DNA of 61,436 bases, the filler included. It is 4 parts of 4 records of this genome, joined end to end, with 100 filler letters (N's around TTAATTAATTAA, not from the genome) between each part and the next. Parts side by side here need not be neighbours in the genome. Positions count along the whole stretch, not along the records: positions 53,318 to 61,436 come from SRR31156797_13011; 3 more parts are not named here. One strand, 5' to 3'. Numbering within the stretch: position 1 is the first letter of the stretch; every line of letters begins with the position of its first letter. Under the pieces are notes generated by a model. That model was not told the DNA's origin and ran no database searches. It saw only the letters and a program-made list of their open reading frames with translations. Shown here piece after piece: positions 60,455 through 61,436 of the stretch. The position numbers and the translations under genes are program-made.

Positions 60455-60486
60455 AGGGCTATAGACGATCATGTCTATAGCCCTTT
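60455..60486. terminator. Terminator between convergent genes
   Basis: AGGGCTATAGAC-gatcat-GTCTATAGCCCT. Confidence 0.8.
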
Positions 60487-60496
60487 GATATTATTT

Positions 60497-61369
60497 CTAA
60501 GCTTTATTTGTACTAGTATTTGTTATGTTTTTTTTATTAATTATGAATGTGTAAAAAGATGATGCAAATACTATGAAATATCCTAAGATACTGATTCTAT
60601 CCGGTATTGCACCAAATAAGAAGATACTAAATACTGCCGAGAAAACCACACCTGAATATCCGAAAATTGAGATCTCTTTTGCCGGTGCATATTTATACGC
60701 ATAACTGATCCCTATTTGACCTCCAGTAGCTCCTATACCAGCTAAGAAAGCGTATGTGAACTGCAATAAAGTCATTTGATCAAAACTATAAATTACAAAT
60801 GGAATCAGCGCAATAGTATTAAATGTTGCGAAATAAAAAACGGTTATAGTAGGGTGTTCTTTTGAACCAAGAACTCTCAGAACCGTGTATGCCAGAGCAG
60901 CCATTGCAGCACCTGATACAGCGATCATATATGGGATGATTCGAACTGAAAATGCCGGTTTGATAATTAATATAACACCTACAAATGCAATCAAGATAGT
61001 GATCGTTTGTGATAGATTAATTTTTTCTCCTAAGAATACCCAGCAAAATATAATTAGGAAAATAGTACTTAGCCTAAAGATGACACTGGCATCTGATAAT
61101 ATCAAATTATCAAGAGCAGTATAGTTTAGGACTATTCCAATTGTTCCAAGTAATGACCGAAGTAGTAGAAGTTTATGATGCTTTATTCCAGACAGTTTGA
61201 CATTACTCTTTCGTAGCATAAAGAATGAGAAAATCATTATAGCAATTGACCGAATCATTGATTTCTGAAATACTGAAATATCTCCGGCAGCTTTAACGAA
61301 AACACCCATTAATGCAAACGAAAGTGAAGAGAGAAGCATTGCAATAATGCTTTTTTGTTTGTTATTCAT
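60497..61369 (-). CDS. DMT/EamA-family transporter
   Basis: ~10 TM helices, LLLRSLLG, FLGEK, AYKYAPA. Confidence 0.9.
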   Translation of the reverse strand: MNNKQKSIIAMLLSSLSFALMGVFVKAAGDISVFQKSMIRSIAIMIFSFFMLRKSNVKLSGIKHHKLLLLRSLLGTIGIVLNYTALDNLILSDASVIFRLSTIFLIIFCWVFLGEKINLSQTITILIAFVGVILIIKPAFSVRIIPYMIAVSGAAMAALAYTVLRVLGSKEHPTITVFYFATFNTIALIPFVIYSFDQMTLLQFTYAFLAGIGATGGQIGISYAYKYAPAKEISIFGYSGVVFSAVFSIFLFGAIPDRISILGYFIVFASSFYTFIINKKNITNTSTNKA

Positions 61370-61436
61370 TTTTATTCACCTATCCTAAAAAATTTATATA
61401 TATAATTTCTAGTTTCTTATAGGCACATCACTTCGC

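Noticed and set aside
1425-61124. Many short ORFs in the track that overlap longer genes (e.g. 1425-1616, 13287-13781, 33418-33777, 55042-55506)
   Set aside because: They are antisense or alternate-frame shadows of well-supported genes, with no motifs or RBS.
1-61436. CRISPR array, tRNA/rRNA genes, transposase or integrase
   Set aside because: I saw no regularly spaced repeat-spacer series, cloverleaf, rRNA sequence or recombinase ORF.

Overview
This window is not one locus. It is four unrelated contigs joined by 100-bp artificial linkers (44 N + TTAATTAATTAA + 44 N at 27014-27113, 35803-35902 and 53218-53317). Contig 1 (1-27013) looks Fusobacteriota-like. It has a cluster of LPP20 lipoproteins and a lytic transglycosylase, then a long minus-strand housekeeping run (pcrA, lpxC-fabZ-lpxA-lpxI-lpxB, rph, rdgB, hslU, smc, lpxK, PTS IIA, nadD, bioH-like, bioC). 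Contig 2 (27114-35802) looks Bacteroidota-like: recQ, oligopeptidase B, an orphan LytTR regulator, an HTH-STAND-TPR NLR-like protein and a TPR-repeat protein. Contig 3 (35903-53217) looks Campylobacterota/Arcobacter-like. It starts with an AT-rich integron-type gene cassette, followed by SDR, ygiQ, a sensor kinase, soxW-like, ppaC, sat-like, comEC, an exonuclease, dnaB and cytochrome c553. Contig 4 (53318-61436) is from a low-GC anaerobe: MATE, yjjW, a candidate structured ncRNA, DUF2914, EAL-GGDEF, a pseudokinase-REC-Hpt protein and EamA. All taxonomy is inferred from gene content and protein style. The three best leads are: (1) a 1.69-kb cassette bounded by an attI-like site and an attC, carrying a HEPN-like gene, an unannotated 56-aa ORF and a GNAT toxin-like gene, with no adjacent integrase; (2) an unannotated ~180-nt RNA bounded by a promoter and a terminator, with a four-way junction and complementary (kissing) loops; (3) the LytTR plus NLR-like module with 21-bp-phased operator repeats. 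All product calls come from recognising motifs by eye; no searches were run.
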